From the IMG/VR virus record IMGVR_UViG_3300023174_000065: a DNA stretch of 64,000 bases; one strand, given 5' to 3'. This DNA comes from a virus. Below are positions 19,401 through 29,057 of this stretch, in pieces. The translations under genes and the position numbers were made by a program. The notes under the pieces were generated by a model. It had not been told where the DNA came from. It worked only from the letters and a program-made list of their open reading frames with translations, and searched no databases. Position 1 is the first letter of the stretch. Each line of letters opens with the position of its first letter.

Positions 19401-21372
19401 GTCTCCTGGATATTCGACTGGCACACAGGTAACGAATCTTCCTTATTCTACTGAAATTGAAGCAAAAACAATAGGTTCAGACTTTGATGTAATTCTAAAC
19501 ATTTTAAATAATGGAACAGCGGGTGTTTCTGACGCAATTATTCCAAATAGTATAGATCCAATTGGCGCAGGATATTCACTGTTGCCAAGTCCTCAAAATG
19601 TCGAAGAACTATATAGTTTACAGTATCTAAGTACAATCACCCAATATATTGTTGCAAATACAACAGTTACTAATAAGTACGGCAAGGCTGCGCAAATTTT
19701 TGATAATAGTCTTGTGGGTGGAAGTAGCGCAACTACATTTATTACTGATAGACTTGCTCTTATAGGAAGTATAATTGTAAATGGTCCTGATAGTGCTCCT
19801 GCTATTACAAGAACAGGAGTTCTTCCATCTGGAGCAGCTTCCGCCGCTAGCTTACTTAATAAAAATAGAGCATTTATCCAAGATGAAGTAGTATCATTTG
19901 TTAATATAACAAATTATGGATTTACCTATAGTGAAGACAAGTGCTCAAGAGACTCTGGCTTAATTGTTGATGCGATTGCGCAAGATATACTATTCAGTAC
20001 TAGTAGTCAATCGACATTTGCAGGATTACAATATTGGAATCAAGGTGGTTATTCAGGAACTCTTCCTTCTGAAATTAATACAACTACATCTGCAATTCGT
20101 TATATTAGTAGTTTGACTCAGCAAATTATACTATCAACCACTGGAACAAGATACCAAAGTGTAAGTTCACAGGTTACTAGTGGCAATATAGGAAGTAACT
20201 TAGAAGTATATAAGGTAAAAACGGAATTTAACACAATTGTTGACATTCTTGTAAATGGTACAGCTAGTGTATCGGACATAATTCAACCAAATAGCTTAAC
20301 TTCAAGTACTAATGTAAATGTCATTAATGCCTATAATTTGCTACAGTCAAACAAAAATTATATTAAAGACGAGTTTATTGCATATATTAATTCTACAACG
20401 GTTGGATTTTCATATAACGAGGCCAACTATCGTAGAGATATTGGATATATTGTTGATTCTGTGAGTTTTGATATACTATATGGAGGTAACCGCCAAGCTG
20501 TTCAAAGTGGTGTATACTATTACAGTTATAATACAAGTTCGTCTGCAATTTCAAATTATGAAATAACTCCTACGATAGATGCATATAATTACATCAATTC
20601 TTTGACAACAAAGATTATATTAGGACAGGCGATTACTCCTAAACAAACCAAGGTTGCTCGTGTATTTTCTACAACTGCAACATCTGTGGAATCAAATCTT
20701 GCTCAAACTAATCTGAATCTGATTAAAACTATAATACAAGATGGTCCTACTGGATATGCGAACACTCCTATTTCTTTAACAAGAAGTACCAGTACTAATA
20801 AAATCGCAGCAGCTACTATTTTACAAGATAATAGAAAGTTTATTCAAGCAGAAGTGATTGCATATATTAATAACAAGTATCTTCCATATAATCAAACAAA
20901 ATGTAGAAGAGATGTTGGATTTATTGTAGATGCTATAATTTACGATCTAGATAAGGGTGGAAATTATAATAGTGTTATTGCCGGAAAGAGTTATTTTGCT
21001 ACAAGTGGTACGTATCATGTAGTGTCTCTTGAGGAAAATATTACAGATCCAGCATTGTTCCCGGATGATGCAATTGTAACTTTCTACCAAAGAAGTTATA
21101 TGTCTGCAAGTGGTTATTTGTTTGAATATGTTGGCGCCGGAACAAATTACGGATCTCTACCACAGGTAGGCAGAGCAGATCCTGTACAAAGTAAAGAAGT
21201 AGTTCAGTTAAATAATGGTAAAGTATTCTTTACTTCTACTGACCAAAACGGAGATTTTAGAATTGGACCAGGATTAGTAATTAGTCAGGCAACCGGTGTA
21301 TTGTCAGGTAGAACCTTTACAAAATCACTATTTGCTAATCTAACACCATTCATCTTAGCAATTGAAGGATAA
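13498..21372 (+). CDS. Giant (about 2620 aa) virion structural protein with beta-helix-like segments and 11 helical (C)xRDxG repeats
   Basis: ATG 13498 preferred over GTG 13480 because of SD position. Motifs LYVTMDGSDTNDG, SPYIQNCT, DAYTQVNQGG and FTSTDQNGDFRIG. Confidence 0.75.
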   Translation: MGIGRITGPLLANNLLRDGRNLAVETDLLYLDVTNGRIGVKNATPQYNLDVQNNARIANISFTATNTSSIILNTVGNLIISSGGDDTDIVMRNNLSVEGNIHAVGNITAGGNVQIGNGSGSDVVGIFANVISDIVPQTDNEYNIGSEQQSWATAYVNSLIASKLVSPAGQEINIGMPLKQDVNITDITNPTINLNGPVRIWGDNPLGTAPITSNVLYVTMDGSDTNDGRAQDPSRACRTITGALRSPFYQPGTSIKVAAGRYYENNPLELKPYTSVIGSDLRTTVIEPINKTQDLFHVQSGCYLAQMLFANGQSGLLPGPGYKPGTNRGAYATAFPPNYSSQKIDLYHSPYIQNCTNQSGPWLQDGTMFLPNQTVQIPQAVGTATWIVNTTTLRVVLSEGTLSVGQSINAGPTPQSHINARTLLLANKPFIQEQVIAYIGVNYPTFVYNKATYRRDIGVIVENIAYDAAFGGNEKSVEGGLLYWDGVTSVIADGITQTASAINYINTLSQYIIANNTATNLLGQAQLAPQVINYNLTGGSSAGSVITNLIGIISTVVQSGPSSAPQIQAGNGPDWGSVSAEVLLQSNRSFIQNEVVSYVNSTYPDFVYREDLCYRDTGLIIDAISQDIILNANAKTIEAGKTYWTGNISAVTGQITETVNALSRAKDISLQIVNNTTVTTTAFTFNSTKCARDTGLIVDAIAQDLLFGGNSQSTFAGIQYWNHGDYVGEIGNEITTTTNAIKYISSLTQRIILNQLVTPLQNVVSQVTATSTATAAEVTIIRNEFNIITDILTSGTVGVTNLIVPNRLTPSTTASVITAYDLIQNNVNFLKEEAIAWVEQNKNFRYTTATCARDVGLIVDSIVLDLNFPTTALSQSTFAGLQYWNQGGYTGDIGSEVTATVNAISHLSEIASYVIVNNTSSGVRYAGVQPVTNLPAAGASEQSFLTKEFTTITNIILNGTTGTTDQIISNGIVASSSSTVNNAYNILQANKAYLQAETVAYVEATKSPGFVYNTSTCYRDVGYMIDSVSFDLLYGGNRQAIQSGVYYYSFNGSTAVPNEIEQVISAYKFILGLSSSIIRNDPVNALQTTVDQVYTTTSSNITVFDDIDEIVTRITDIIEYGPGVVDVKQPISLTKTNEIMKEYAAKNLLANKDFIKAETIAYIDKYLVFQYDPETCRRDVGYILNSVSFDLLYGGNRQAIQSGVYYWGYSNVSTALPKERSATTLAYQYMKRLMSDIVVNNRISTTYQTSSTQVTGLSPATQIEVDAISVNIDKIVNIINRGPQTAGAKTPIGLVRSNNVFVQNAANFLSANRDFIQKEVNAFVSEMLVNNAQVFLPFYSKGSQATLSITRNFNIISDIIEKGPGVAPIISQGNGIFIKTGLSPDDIKIAPVITNITTITTGVYQVDISQSTIGFGDSTVLYFGETAVFPLLDNDVPDRWQQRRINPIGSMGGSLVDGKVISDRSPIKSFVYDAYTQVNQGGRGVHVINNGYAQLVSVFTIFCSDAVTVENGGICSITNSNSNFGDICLAAKGYGFREFSGYIKNPPVLPYFPNGFYPQRGTVQVYIADPRLRPHIALVMEVEPPADFVNNQGLPGFLSGNTSIATLTTGTITISGIDNTGMVIGQKVFVRDQFGRTYDSNGEPYIVPGTLVADVSYQSVTLNYPLNSGGGDPNNSNYFSLYTCGNAYYTVLSSTVAEDKFSSNRVLKAYNLLQANRTFLQQETVAFVEATKTLGFSYNTSTCYRDVGYIVDSISFDLLYGGNRQATQSGVYYYNFAGSTSIPGETTATVAAFNYIGTLSNKIIQGTTITPLQTVIPQFKNGNYGTISEANSVTNNISIINDIIINGPAGYAKTPISLNRSTNPNVLNAARILSANRSFIQAEVIKFVSNNYPLLSYTTATCRRDTGLIVDSLVQDLLYSTSSQSTFSGMQYWNQTGYTGGIASEITTTTAAISYLKSIAENVVQGIVSPGYSTGTQVTNLPYSTEIEAKTIGSDFDVILNILNNGTAGVSDAIIPNSIDPIGAGYSLLPSPQNVEELYSLQYLSTITQYIVANTTVTNKYGKAAQIFDNSLVGGSSATTFITDRLALIGSIIVNGPDSAPAITRTGVLPSGAASAASLLNKNRAFIQDEVVSFVNITNYGFTYSEDKCSRDSGLIVDAIAQDILFSTSSQSTFAGLQYWNQGGYSGTLPSEINTTTSAIRYISSLTQQIILSTTGTRYQSVSSQVTSGNIGSNLEVYKVKTEFNTIVDILVNGTASVSDIIQPNSLTSSTNVNVINAYNLLQSNKNYIKDEFIAYINSTTVGFSYNEANYRRDIGYIVDSVSFDILYGGNRQAVQSGVYYYSYNTSSSAISNYEITPTIDAYNYINSLTTKIILGQAITPKQTKVARVFSTTATSVESNLAQTNLNLIKTIIQDGPTGYANTPISLTRSTSTNKIAAATILQDNRKFIQAEVIAYINNKYLPYNQTKCRRDVGFIVDAIIYDLDKGGNYNSVIAGKSYFATSGTYHVVSLEENITDPALFPDDAIVTFYQRSYMSASGYLFEYVGAGTNYGSLPQVGRADPVQSKEVVQLNNGKVFFTSTDQNGDFRIGPGLVISQATGVLSGRTFTKSLFANLTPFILAIEG

Positions 21373-21377
21373 AACAA

Positions 21378-21764
21378 ATGGCACTATTACCGTTAAACAC
21401 GTTTAAAACCAAAACATCAATACTAACTACAAATTCATCTACGAGAGTATATACTGCTCCAGTAGGGGTTACGGCAATTGTGCTTATGGCAAATGCATCT
21501 AATATTGATGCTGATAATACACATTTGATTACCTTTTCTCATTATAGAAATTTGCCTGTTTTGCCAGATACACAAGGAAATGGAGGACAGAGCGGCAACG
21601 TAATAACTGAGCAAGTAAAAGATTTTCCAATACCAACTAATAATGCAGCCACATTGTTGTCCGGTAAGTTAATTGTTGAAAGTTTGGACAGTGTTATTGC
21701 ATATGCAGATGCACCGGGAGTTATTAAATTAACTCTCAGTGTTCTAGAGACGGCTAACCAGTAA
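21378..21764 (+). CDS. Small virion protein
   Basis: Coupled to the giant gene. Paralogous in pattern to 12325-12639. Confidence 0.65.
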   Translation: MALLPLNTFKTKTSILTTNSSTRVYTAPVGVTAIVLMANASNIDADNTHLITFSHYRNLPVLPDTQGNGGQSGNVITEQVKDFPIPTNNAATLLSGKLIVESLDSVIAYADAPGVIKLTLSVLETANQ

Positions 21765-21765
21765 G

Positions 21766-24700
21766 ATGCCTACGCTATTAAACAACTCAAAAGGATTAGT
21801 GGGTACTTCTGGCACCGGTACCTTCTTTATTACCCTCGAAACGGCCCAGCCGCTATTGGGACGTACTCCTAGTACTGAGACTGGATTTACATTAGTAACA
21901 GGTCCCGCTGGTCTTTTGGTGTTTACTAGTACCATAGGACAAGTATATTTTGCTGACAGTACCATAACTTCTGCTAGACAAAATGGTATATTGACCATTA
22001 CTTCGGTTGGAACTGGTACGGTTAACATTACAGGAAACTCATATTTTGACGGCCAACGAGTAACAAGTAATGTTGCAAACATCACTGAAGCCAACTTAAC
22101 TAAGTTAAATGTACTAAGCACTGCTAGTTTCTATGGACCAGTGCAATATTATAATACTGTTACATATGTTACTAGTCAAAATACGCAGTACACTGATAGT
22201 ATTGTTGAATTACATGTGGCGAATACTGCATCAGTTGATACTTTATGGACCACTGATGATGCTAAGAATATTGGATTTAGATTCCATTATTATAAAGGAG
22301 TCTATCCAGATGGTACTGGCACACAAGGCGCATTAATTTTAAATAGTGTTACTGAGGATCTTGAATGGTGGAGTGATGTAACCACCGGAACTAGTTTCAC
22401 CGGAGTTACTTATGGAAAATTTAGAACTGGATCAATTCATTTAACTAGTTCAACAAATGCAGTTTCTACAACTACTGGTGCATTTACTGTTACAGGTGGT
22501 ATTGGAATTGGCAAAGACATATATGCTGGTGGTAATGTAAAAATATTAGGAACTGCTACTAATTATTTTGTAGGTCCTATTAGTATTGGCACACAGTCTA
22601 ATAATGATCAGATTCACATTAAAAATTCTACTGCAGGAATTAGACTAGAAAGTACTACAACAAATTATGCAAGATTTAGAACTGATTCCAGTGGCTCGGT
22701 ATATCTTGATGCCAATCAGTCTGCAAGTGCGGTTCCAAGTATTATTGCGTTTACTAATAAAAATGTAGAAGTCGCAAGATTTAATAGCCTAAATTATCTT
22801 GGAATTAATAACACTGATCCTCAATATAGATTAGATGTTAACGGACCTACTAGATTTACAAGCGCCACTCTTTTTACTTCTAATATTGATAGCAATTCCA
22901 CTGGATCTGGCGCAGTAATTATAACAGGTGGATTAGGTGTAGGTAGTCAACTTACTGCTAACACTGTTGCAACAACCTATCTTACTGGAGATAACAATTC
23001 CGATATTACAGTACGAGCAACAGGATCTCTGATTTTAACATCTCCTACTAAATTGGCAGTCAATAGTACACTTGATAGTACTGGCACAGATAACGGTTCA
23101 GTTGTTATAAAAGGCGGAGTTGGTATTGCTAAAAAACTTTATGTTGGCAATTTAATTTATAGCCAGGGAAATGAAGTTTTAACTACCGCCACTAGTTTAA
23201 ATTTTGGTGTTTCTCAGTTAACGGCAGGCACCGATACTGCGGTGTCAACCTCCACTGGTATAGTAACAGTATGGAATACTAGCACACTCCAAACAATAAC
23301 TGGTAGAGGTAATTCAACTACTAATACGATTATTATTGCAAATACAGCATCATCTACTTCTACCAATACTGGTGCGTTAACCGTTGCAGGTGGCGTGGGA
23401 GTTGGTGGTGCAATTAATGCAAAAACTATATACGAAGATTTGGCAAGAGTTGTTAGTACAGCAACTATTAAGAATTATGCAGTTACTACTGCCACTGCTG
23501 GAACTGATACATCGGTTTCTCTTGATACATTGACCGGCAATCTAACAATTTGGAATATTAGTACACTCCAAACAGTAACGGGTAGAGGCAATTCAACCAC
23601 TAATACAATTAGTATTACAAATACTGCATCATCAACTTCTACTAATACTGGCGCATTAACAGTTGCCGGCGGCGTTGGTATTAGCGACAGTTTGTATGTA
23701 GGAAATTATATTGCTGTTAAAAATATTACTTCTTTTCCTACTAACTCTAATATTAATATTGATCCTGACGGCACTGGAAGTGTAGTTTTTACTACCTCTA
23801 CCCAAGTGTATGTAAACAGCAATGTTGCTAGTACAACAACTAATTCTGGTGCATTGATAGTCACTGGCGGAGTAGGTGTTGGTGGAACTATTTCAAATCG
23901 TGGATTAATTGTTGTAAGCACTAATACAGTTGTTGGATCAGTCTGGATAGGTGGTACATATCCGGTTGGCGGCGGATCTTTTGTGTATGATGGCGGTAGT
24001 GATGGCGTTTTTCCATTTACAAATATTGCGACAACAGCAGGTGCTTATACTGCGTTTAGAACCAATGGTCAAGTTGATCTCCTATCAATCTATAATACCG
24101 GAACAGTAATTGTTAATTCTAACACATCGGCCACAAGCACTAATTCTGGAGCATTTCAGGTTGTTGGTGGTGCAGGAATTGGACGAGATCTGTATGTAGG
24201 CGGAAAAATCGTAAGTTCAGGCAGTAATGTTATAACTGAGGCAACAATAGCTAATTATGGCGTTTCTAAAATAAATGCTGGTACCGGTACTGCTGTTAGC
24301 ACATCATCGGGTGTTGTTACAATTTGGAGCACTGCAAGTTTACAAACGGTAACTGATTATGGAAATTCAACTACAAATATTGTTATAATTAATACTACTA
24401 CAAATTCAACGTCAACTAATTCTGGTGCATTACAAGTTATTGGTGGTGTTGGAATTGGCGGTAATATGCATCTTGGTGGCAACATTGTTATGTACAATGC
24501 CGCATTGGTTCAAAAGTTATCAGGAATAGCAGTAGGAATAACATCTGCTACTATTGATACTTTCTCAATGAGTGCATATCGATCTGCAAAATATGTTGTT
24601 AGTGCAAGTAATAGTTTTGTTAATCAATATCAATCAAGTGAAATATTAGTAGTACATGATGGTATTACTCCTTATCTGCAAAGTACATCCGTGTTCACTG

Positions 24701-24819
24701 GTTCAGAACCTATTGTAACATTTTATATAAATACATCAACTGGAAATGTAATTTTACAGGCAGTGGGAGTATATACAACAAATACTATCAAGGTTCATAA
24801 AATGTACATAGAAATTTAA
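21766..24819 (+). CDS. Tail fibre-like protein, Thr/Ser/Gly-rich
   Basis: Repeated TGAL.V.GGVGIGG..Y.GG units. C-terminal IDTFS...YRSAKYVV...SEILVVHDG domain. Confidence 0.75.
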   Translation: MPTLLNNSKGLVGTSGTGTFFITLETAQPLLGRTPSTETGFTLVTGPAGLLVFTSTIGQVYFADSTITSARQNGILTITSVGTGTVNITGNSYFDGQRVTSNVANITEANLTKLNVLSTASFYGPVQYYNTVTYVTSQNTQYTDSIVELHVANTASVDTLWTTDDAKNIGFRFHYYKGVYPDGTGTQGALILNSVTEDLEWWSDVTTGTSFTGVTYGKFRTGSIHLTSSTNAVSTTTGAFTVTGGIGIGKDIYAGGNVKILGTATNYFVGPISIGTQSNNDQIHIKNSTAGIRLESTTTNYARFRTDSSGSVYLDANQSASAVPSIIAFTNKNVEVARFNSLNYLGINNTDPQYRLDVNGPTRFTSATLFTSNIDSNSTGSGAVIITGGLGVGSQLTANTVATTYLTGDNNSDITVRATGSLILTSPTKLAVNSTLDSTGTDNGSVVIKGGVGIAKKLYVGNLIYSQGNEVLTTATSLNFGVSQLTAGTDTAVSTSTGIVTVWNTSTLQTITGRGNSTTNTIIIANTASSTSTNTGALTVAGGVGVGGAINAKTIYEDLARVVSTATIKNYAVTTATAGTDTSVSLDTLTGNLTIWNISTLQTVTGRGNSTTNTISITNTASSTSTNTGALTVAGGVGISDSLYVGNYIAVKNITSFPTNSNINIDPDGTGSVVFTTSTQVYVNSNVASTTTNSGALIVTGGVGVGGTISNRGLIVVSTNTVVGSVWIGGTYPVGGGSFVYDGGSDGVFPFTNIATTAGAYTAFRTNGQVDLLSIYNTGTVIVNSNTSATSTNSGAFQVVGGAGIGRDLYVGGKIVSSGSNVITEATIANYGVSKINAGTGTAVSTSSGVVTIWSTASLQTVTDYGNSTTNIVIINTTTNSTSTNSGALQVIGGVGIGGNMHLGGNIVMYNAALVQKLSGIAVGITSATIDTFSMSAYRSAKYVVSASNSFVNQYQSSEILVVHDGITPYLQSTSVFTGSEPIVTFYINTSTGNVILQAVGVYTTNTIKVHKMYIEI

Positions 24820-24857
24820 AATTTCGTTAAGATTTGCTGTTAGGGAGATATGGAACT

Positions 24858-27800
24858 GTGGCAAACAATTATTTTTACGTTCACAATGGTCTGACGGCAG
24901 GTGCATTAAGCATCGATGCAGCAACTGGCAATCTAACCACATTAGGTATCATAACCTCTACATCTACTCAAGTAGCAAATAATACGTTTTCTGGAGCACT
25001 TGTTGTTACCGGTGGCGCAGGAATTGGCGGCAAATTGTATGTTGGTGATGATATCTACAGCAAATCCAGTCTCGTTCTTACTACTTCGAGTGCAAGATCT
25101 TTTGTAGTAACCTCTCTCAGGTCAGGAACTGGTACTGCCGTAAGTACATCAACCGGTGATGTAATTGTTTGGAGCACTGCAAGTTTACAAACAGTAACTG
25201 GTTTTGGAAATTCAACTGATATCGCAATCAAAATCACTAATTCAACTTCAGCAACCAGTACTTCAACTGGCTCATTGGTAGTTGCAGGCGGTGTTGGTAT
25301 CGGCGGCACATTGTGGGTTGGCGATGATGTATATAGTAAAGGCAATTTAGTTTTAACAACTGCTTCAATAAAAACATATGGCGTTTCTAAAATAACGCCG
25401 GGAACAGGCACTGCTGTTAGCTCATCGACCGGAGAAGTTACTATATGGAGTACCGCCACTTTACAAGATGTTACTAGTCAGGGTTCATCTACGGATCGAT
25501 CTATTTCTATTACTAATAGTACTACCAGTACAGACACTGGATCAGGTGCTCTAAAAGTAACGGGCGGAGTTGGAATTGGTGGCAATCTAAATGTTGGCGG
25601 ACAGTTAAAAGTAAATAACGAAGCTACATTTTTAGGAAATGTTACATTCAGCGGAAATGCAACATATGTTTATTCTACTAACACTCTTTACACAGATAAT
25701 ATTCTAGAACTTCACACTCCATCTGATGGACAGTGGACACTTGATGACGGCAAATCTATTGGGTTAAAATTTCACTACTTTAATAATGCAACTAACACAA
25801 ATGCCGCGCTTGTATTAAAAAATGACAGTAAATTCTTAGAATGGTTTTCTTATGGTGTTACTGGAGATAGTACATTTACGAGTGCAACCTACGGTACATT
25901 TAAGACAGGTTCTATAAGACTTGCTGACTCAACCTCTGCTACTAGCACAGTTTCTGGTGCATTACAAGTTGTTGGTGGTGCAGGAATTGGCGGCAATCTT
26001 TATGTAGGCGGAGATATTTATTCTAGTGGTTCAAGAGTAGTAACTGAAACTAATCTAGGAACTTATGGTATTTCTGCGATTTATGCAGGAACAGGAACTG
26101 CTGTTAGTTCAAACACTGGATCAGTGACGATCTGGAGTACCGCAACTTTACAAGATGTTACTAGTCAGGGTTCATCTACCGATCGGTCTATTTCAATTAG
26201 TAGTTCCACAAATTCAACATCGACTAATACTGGAGCATTACGAGTCACGGGTGGTGTAGGTGTTGGTAGAAATCTATATGTTGGCGGACAGTTGGTAGTG
26301 ACCAATTCCACTGTTTCCACTGTTTCTGATGGTTCACTACTGACAATAAATCATCCTGGAAATAAAAATTGGGCAGTGTTGATAGGAGATGCTGTTAATA
26401 CTGGATCAACAACTGGTATATATTTAAGATCAACTACGACCTCATATATAGCATGGGGCGCACAAGGCTCATTGGTATTTACATCAAGTGGTGTTGGAAT
26501 CGAGCGTATGCGCATAGATTCTTCTGGTAGTTTAGTAATTGCAACAACTACCGCTGCTATAAATTCTCAGTCAGGAGCTCTTCAAGTTGCAGGAGGAGCA
26601 GGCATTGTTGGTGATCTTCATGTGGGTGGTAATATTTACGGAAAAATCAGCGGCACGGTAACCGCTACTACTCACATTGTAGGAGGTGCTGCTAATCGAA
26701 TTGTTTATAATACAGGAACAGATACTACTAGCTTTATTATTGCACCACCATCATCAAATGTTTTTCTACAATATACGGGTAATAATGCGTTCACTTGGAC
26801 ATCGTTCTCGGCAGGAACTGATACTGCAATAAGTGTAACAGGCGCAGATGTAAAAATTTGGAATAACAGTACACTACAGTCTATTACTAACAGAGGAAAT
26901 TCAACTTCTAATGCAATTAGTATTACTAGTAGTACAGCATCAATATCAACTACTACCGGTGCGTTAACTGTTTTAGGTGGTGTTGGTATTCAGGGAGATC
27001 TCTATGTAGGTAAAACTATTTACGGAACAATCACTGGATCTATAACAACTGCTTCCAACATTGCATCAGGCAGTGCTAATAGAATATTATATCAAACTAG
27101 TACCGGCACTACTGGATTTATTGCAACTCCAACTAATTTTGGTACATTTTTACAATATTCTACAACTAATACCTTTGTTTGGACAACTGTTACAGCAGGT
27201 GTTTCTAAAATAAATGCTGGCACCGGAACTGCTATTAATACATCAACTGGAGAAGTTACTATATGGAGCACTGCAGGTTTACAAACAGTAACTACTATTG
27301 GAAATTCAACCGATAAAGCAATCAGAATCACTAATTCAACTTCGGCAACCAATACTTCAACTGGCTCATTGGTAGTCACAGGTGGTGTTGGTATTGGCGG
27401 CGATCTTTATGTAGGCGGTACATTTTACGGAAAAGTCAGTGTTGATGGAGTAGTTGAATATGCTAAGGCATTGGGTGGAGGATCATCAGGACAATTGCTA
27501 TATCAATCAGCAACTTCCACTACTAGTTTTGTGTCCACTGCTGCATCTGGATGGTTACTACAGAGTAACGGTAGTAATGCTCCTTCTTATGTAAATCCAA
27601 ATAGTTTAACGGTCAGTAAAGCTGGTGATATTACCGGTGGATTGAATAATCAAATTTTATACCAACAGTCAGCAGATCAAACATCATTTATAGATGCTCC
27701 CACTGATGCTAATACATTCCTGTTGTTTAGGGGTGGATCATTTGTATGGTCATCAACGATCAATAATACTGCGCAAGCAACTTCAACCAATTCTGGAGCA

Positions 27801-29042
27801 TTTCAAGTTGTAGGAGGTGTTGGAATTGGCGGAAACTTATATGTAGGCGGAAATATCGTTGCGACTAATGCACAGATATCCGGCTCTATCGACTCTGCTA
27901 CCACTGCAACTCATCTAGCAAACGGTTCTACAGGAAGCATTCCATATCAGACCAATGTTGGTAGAACTGGGTTTATTCCAATTGGAACAACTGGCACTGT
28001 ATTGGTCAGTGATGGCACGACTGCTACTTGGAAAGCTTCGAGTGCAATTTCAGCCAGTACTGCGAGTACTGCTACTAATTTAGCGCGCGGTGTAAGGGGA
28101 AGTATTCCATATCAAACCAATACTGGCACTACTGACTTTATTCCAATTGGAACAACTGGCACTGTACTGGTCAGTGATGGTACAACTGCTACTTGGAAAG
28201 CACAAAGCACATTGTCGGTGGGTACAGCGACGACTGCTACTCATCTAGTAGGTGGTGCTCTGGGAAGTATTCCATATCAAACCAACACTGGTACTACTGG
28301 ATTTATTCCAATTGGATCTCAGGGACAGATATTAGTAAGTGATGGTACTACTGCTACTTGGTCAACCGCTTCAATATCATTGTCCGTGAGTTCTGCTACT
28401 ACTGCTACTAATTTAGCAGGCGGCGCAACAGGAAGTATTCCATATCAAACCAATACTGGTACTACTAAATTTATTTCAATAGGAAGTACAAGCAGTTTAT
28501 TAGTAAGTGATGGTACTACTGCTACTTGGAAAGCGCCAACCACGATATCAGTGAATACTGCTACTTATGCAACCAATATTTCTAATAATAACTACAGCAG
28601 TGGATTCCAGATTGCATACAATAGTGATAGCGTTACTACAAAGTTTGCAAATTCTGCGACTACTACTGGTACATTCTTAAAATACAGTGGCGATAGTGCA
28701 TATCCATTTATATGGGACACTGTATCACAGGGCGGTGTTACCTCGGTTAATCCAGGCACCGGGACTGCGGTTAGCTCCACTACTGGCAATGTGACTATCT
28801 GGAGTACAGCAACTCTTCAAAACGTCACCGACAGGGGAAGAACATCTACTAATGCAATTTCAATTACATCCACTACGCAATCAACGGGCACAACTACTGG
28901 CGCGTTAACAGTTTCAGGTGGTGTTGGTATAGGTGGCAATATTTATACAGCCGGTGAAATACATATTACATCTGCTACAGCATCGGTATTTTATATGAAG
29001 TATAATCCCGCTGCCGGTGCAGTAGACTTTATATTTGGTTAA
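24858..29042 (+). CDS. Tail fibre-like protein (probable GTG start, MANNYFYVHNGL)
   Basis: GGGAGA SD 9 nt upstream of GTG 24858. Same fibre cassettes plus four GSIPYQT repeats. Confidence 0.75.
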   Translation: MANNYFYVHNGLTAGALSIDAATGNLTTLGIITSTSTQVANNTFSGALVVTGGAGIGGKLYVGDDIYSKSSLVLTTSSARSFVVTSLRSGTGTAVSTSTGDVIVWSTASLQTVTGFGNSTDIAIKITNSTSATSTSTGSLVVAGGVGIGGTLWVGDDVYSKGNLVLTTASIKTYGVSKITPGTGTAVSSSTGEVTIWSTATLQDVTSQGSSTDRSISITNSTTSTDTGSGALKVTGGVGIGGNLNVGGQLKVNNEATFLGNVTFSGNATYVYSTNTLYTDNILELHTPSDGQWTLDDGKSIGLKFHYFNNATNTNAALVLKNDSKFLEWFSYGVTGDSTFTSATYGTFKTGSIRLADSTSATSTVSGALQVVGGAGIGGNLYVGGDIYSSGSRVVTETNLGTYGISAIYAGTGTAVSSNTGSVTIWSTATLQDVTSQGSSTDRSISISSSTNSTSTNTGALRVTGGVGVGRNLYVGGQLVVTNSTVSTVSDGSLLTINHPGNKNWAVLIGDAVNTGSTTGIYLRSTTTSYIAWGAQGSLVFTSSGVGIERMRIDSSGSLVIATTTAAINSQSGALQVAGGAGIVGDLHVGGNIYGKISGTVTATTHIVGGAANRIVYNTGTDTTSFIIAPPSSNVFLQYTGNNAFTWTSFSAGTDTAISVTGADVKIWNNSTLQSITNRGNSTSNAISITSSTASISTTTGALTVLGGVGIQGDLYVGKTIYGTITGSITTASNIASGSANRILYQTSTGTTGFIATPTNFGTFLQYSTTNTFVWTTVTAGVSKINAGTGTAINTSTGEVTIWSTAGLQTVTTIGNSTDKAIRITNSTSATNTSTGSLVVTGGVGIGGDLYVGGTFYGKVSVDGVVEYAKALGGGSSGQLLYQSATSTTSFVSTAASGWLLQSNGSNAPSYVNPNSLTVSKAGDITGGLNNQILYQQSADQTSFIDAPTDANTFLLFRGGSFVWSSTINNTAQATSTNSGAFQVVGGVGIGGNLYVGGNIVATNAQISGSIDSATTATHLANGSTGSIPYQTNVGRTGFIPIGTTGTVLVSDGTTATWKASSAISASTASTATNLARGVRGSIPYQTNTGTTDFIPIGTTGTVLVSDGTTATWKAQSTLSVGTATTATHLVGGALGSIPYQTNTGTTGFIPIGSQGQILVSDGTTATWSTASISLSVSSATTATNLAGGATGSIPYQTNTGTTKFISIGSTSSLLVSDGTTATWKAPTTISVNTATYATNISNNNYSSGFQIAYNSDSVTTKFANSATTTGTFLKYSGDSAYPFIWDTVSQGGVTSVNPGTGTAVSSTTGNVTIWSTATLQNVTDRGRTSTNAISITSTTQSTGTTTGALTVSGGVGIGGNIYTAGEIHITSATASVFYMKYNPAAGAVDFIFG
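27930..28535 (+). repeat. Four tandem GSIPYQTN.G.T.FI.IG....LVSDGTTATW units
   Basis: Visible at protein and DNA level (ggaagtattccatatcaaaccaa recurs). Confidence 0.85.
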
Positions 29043-29057
29043 ATGGAATTTAAATAA

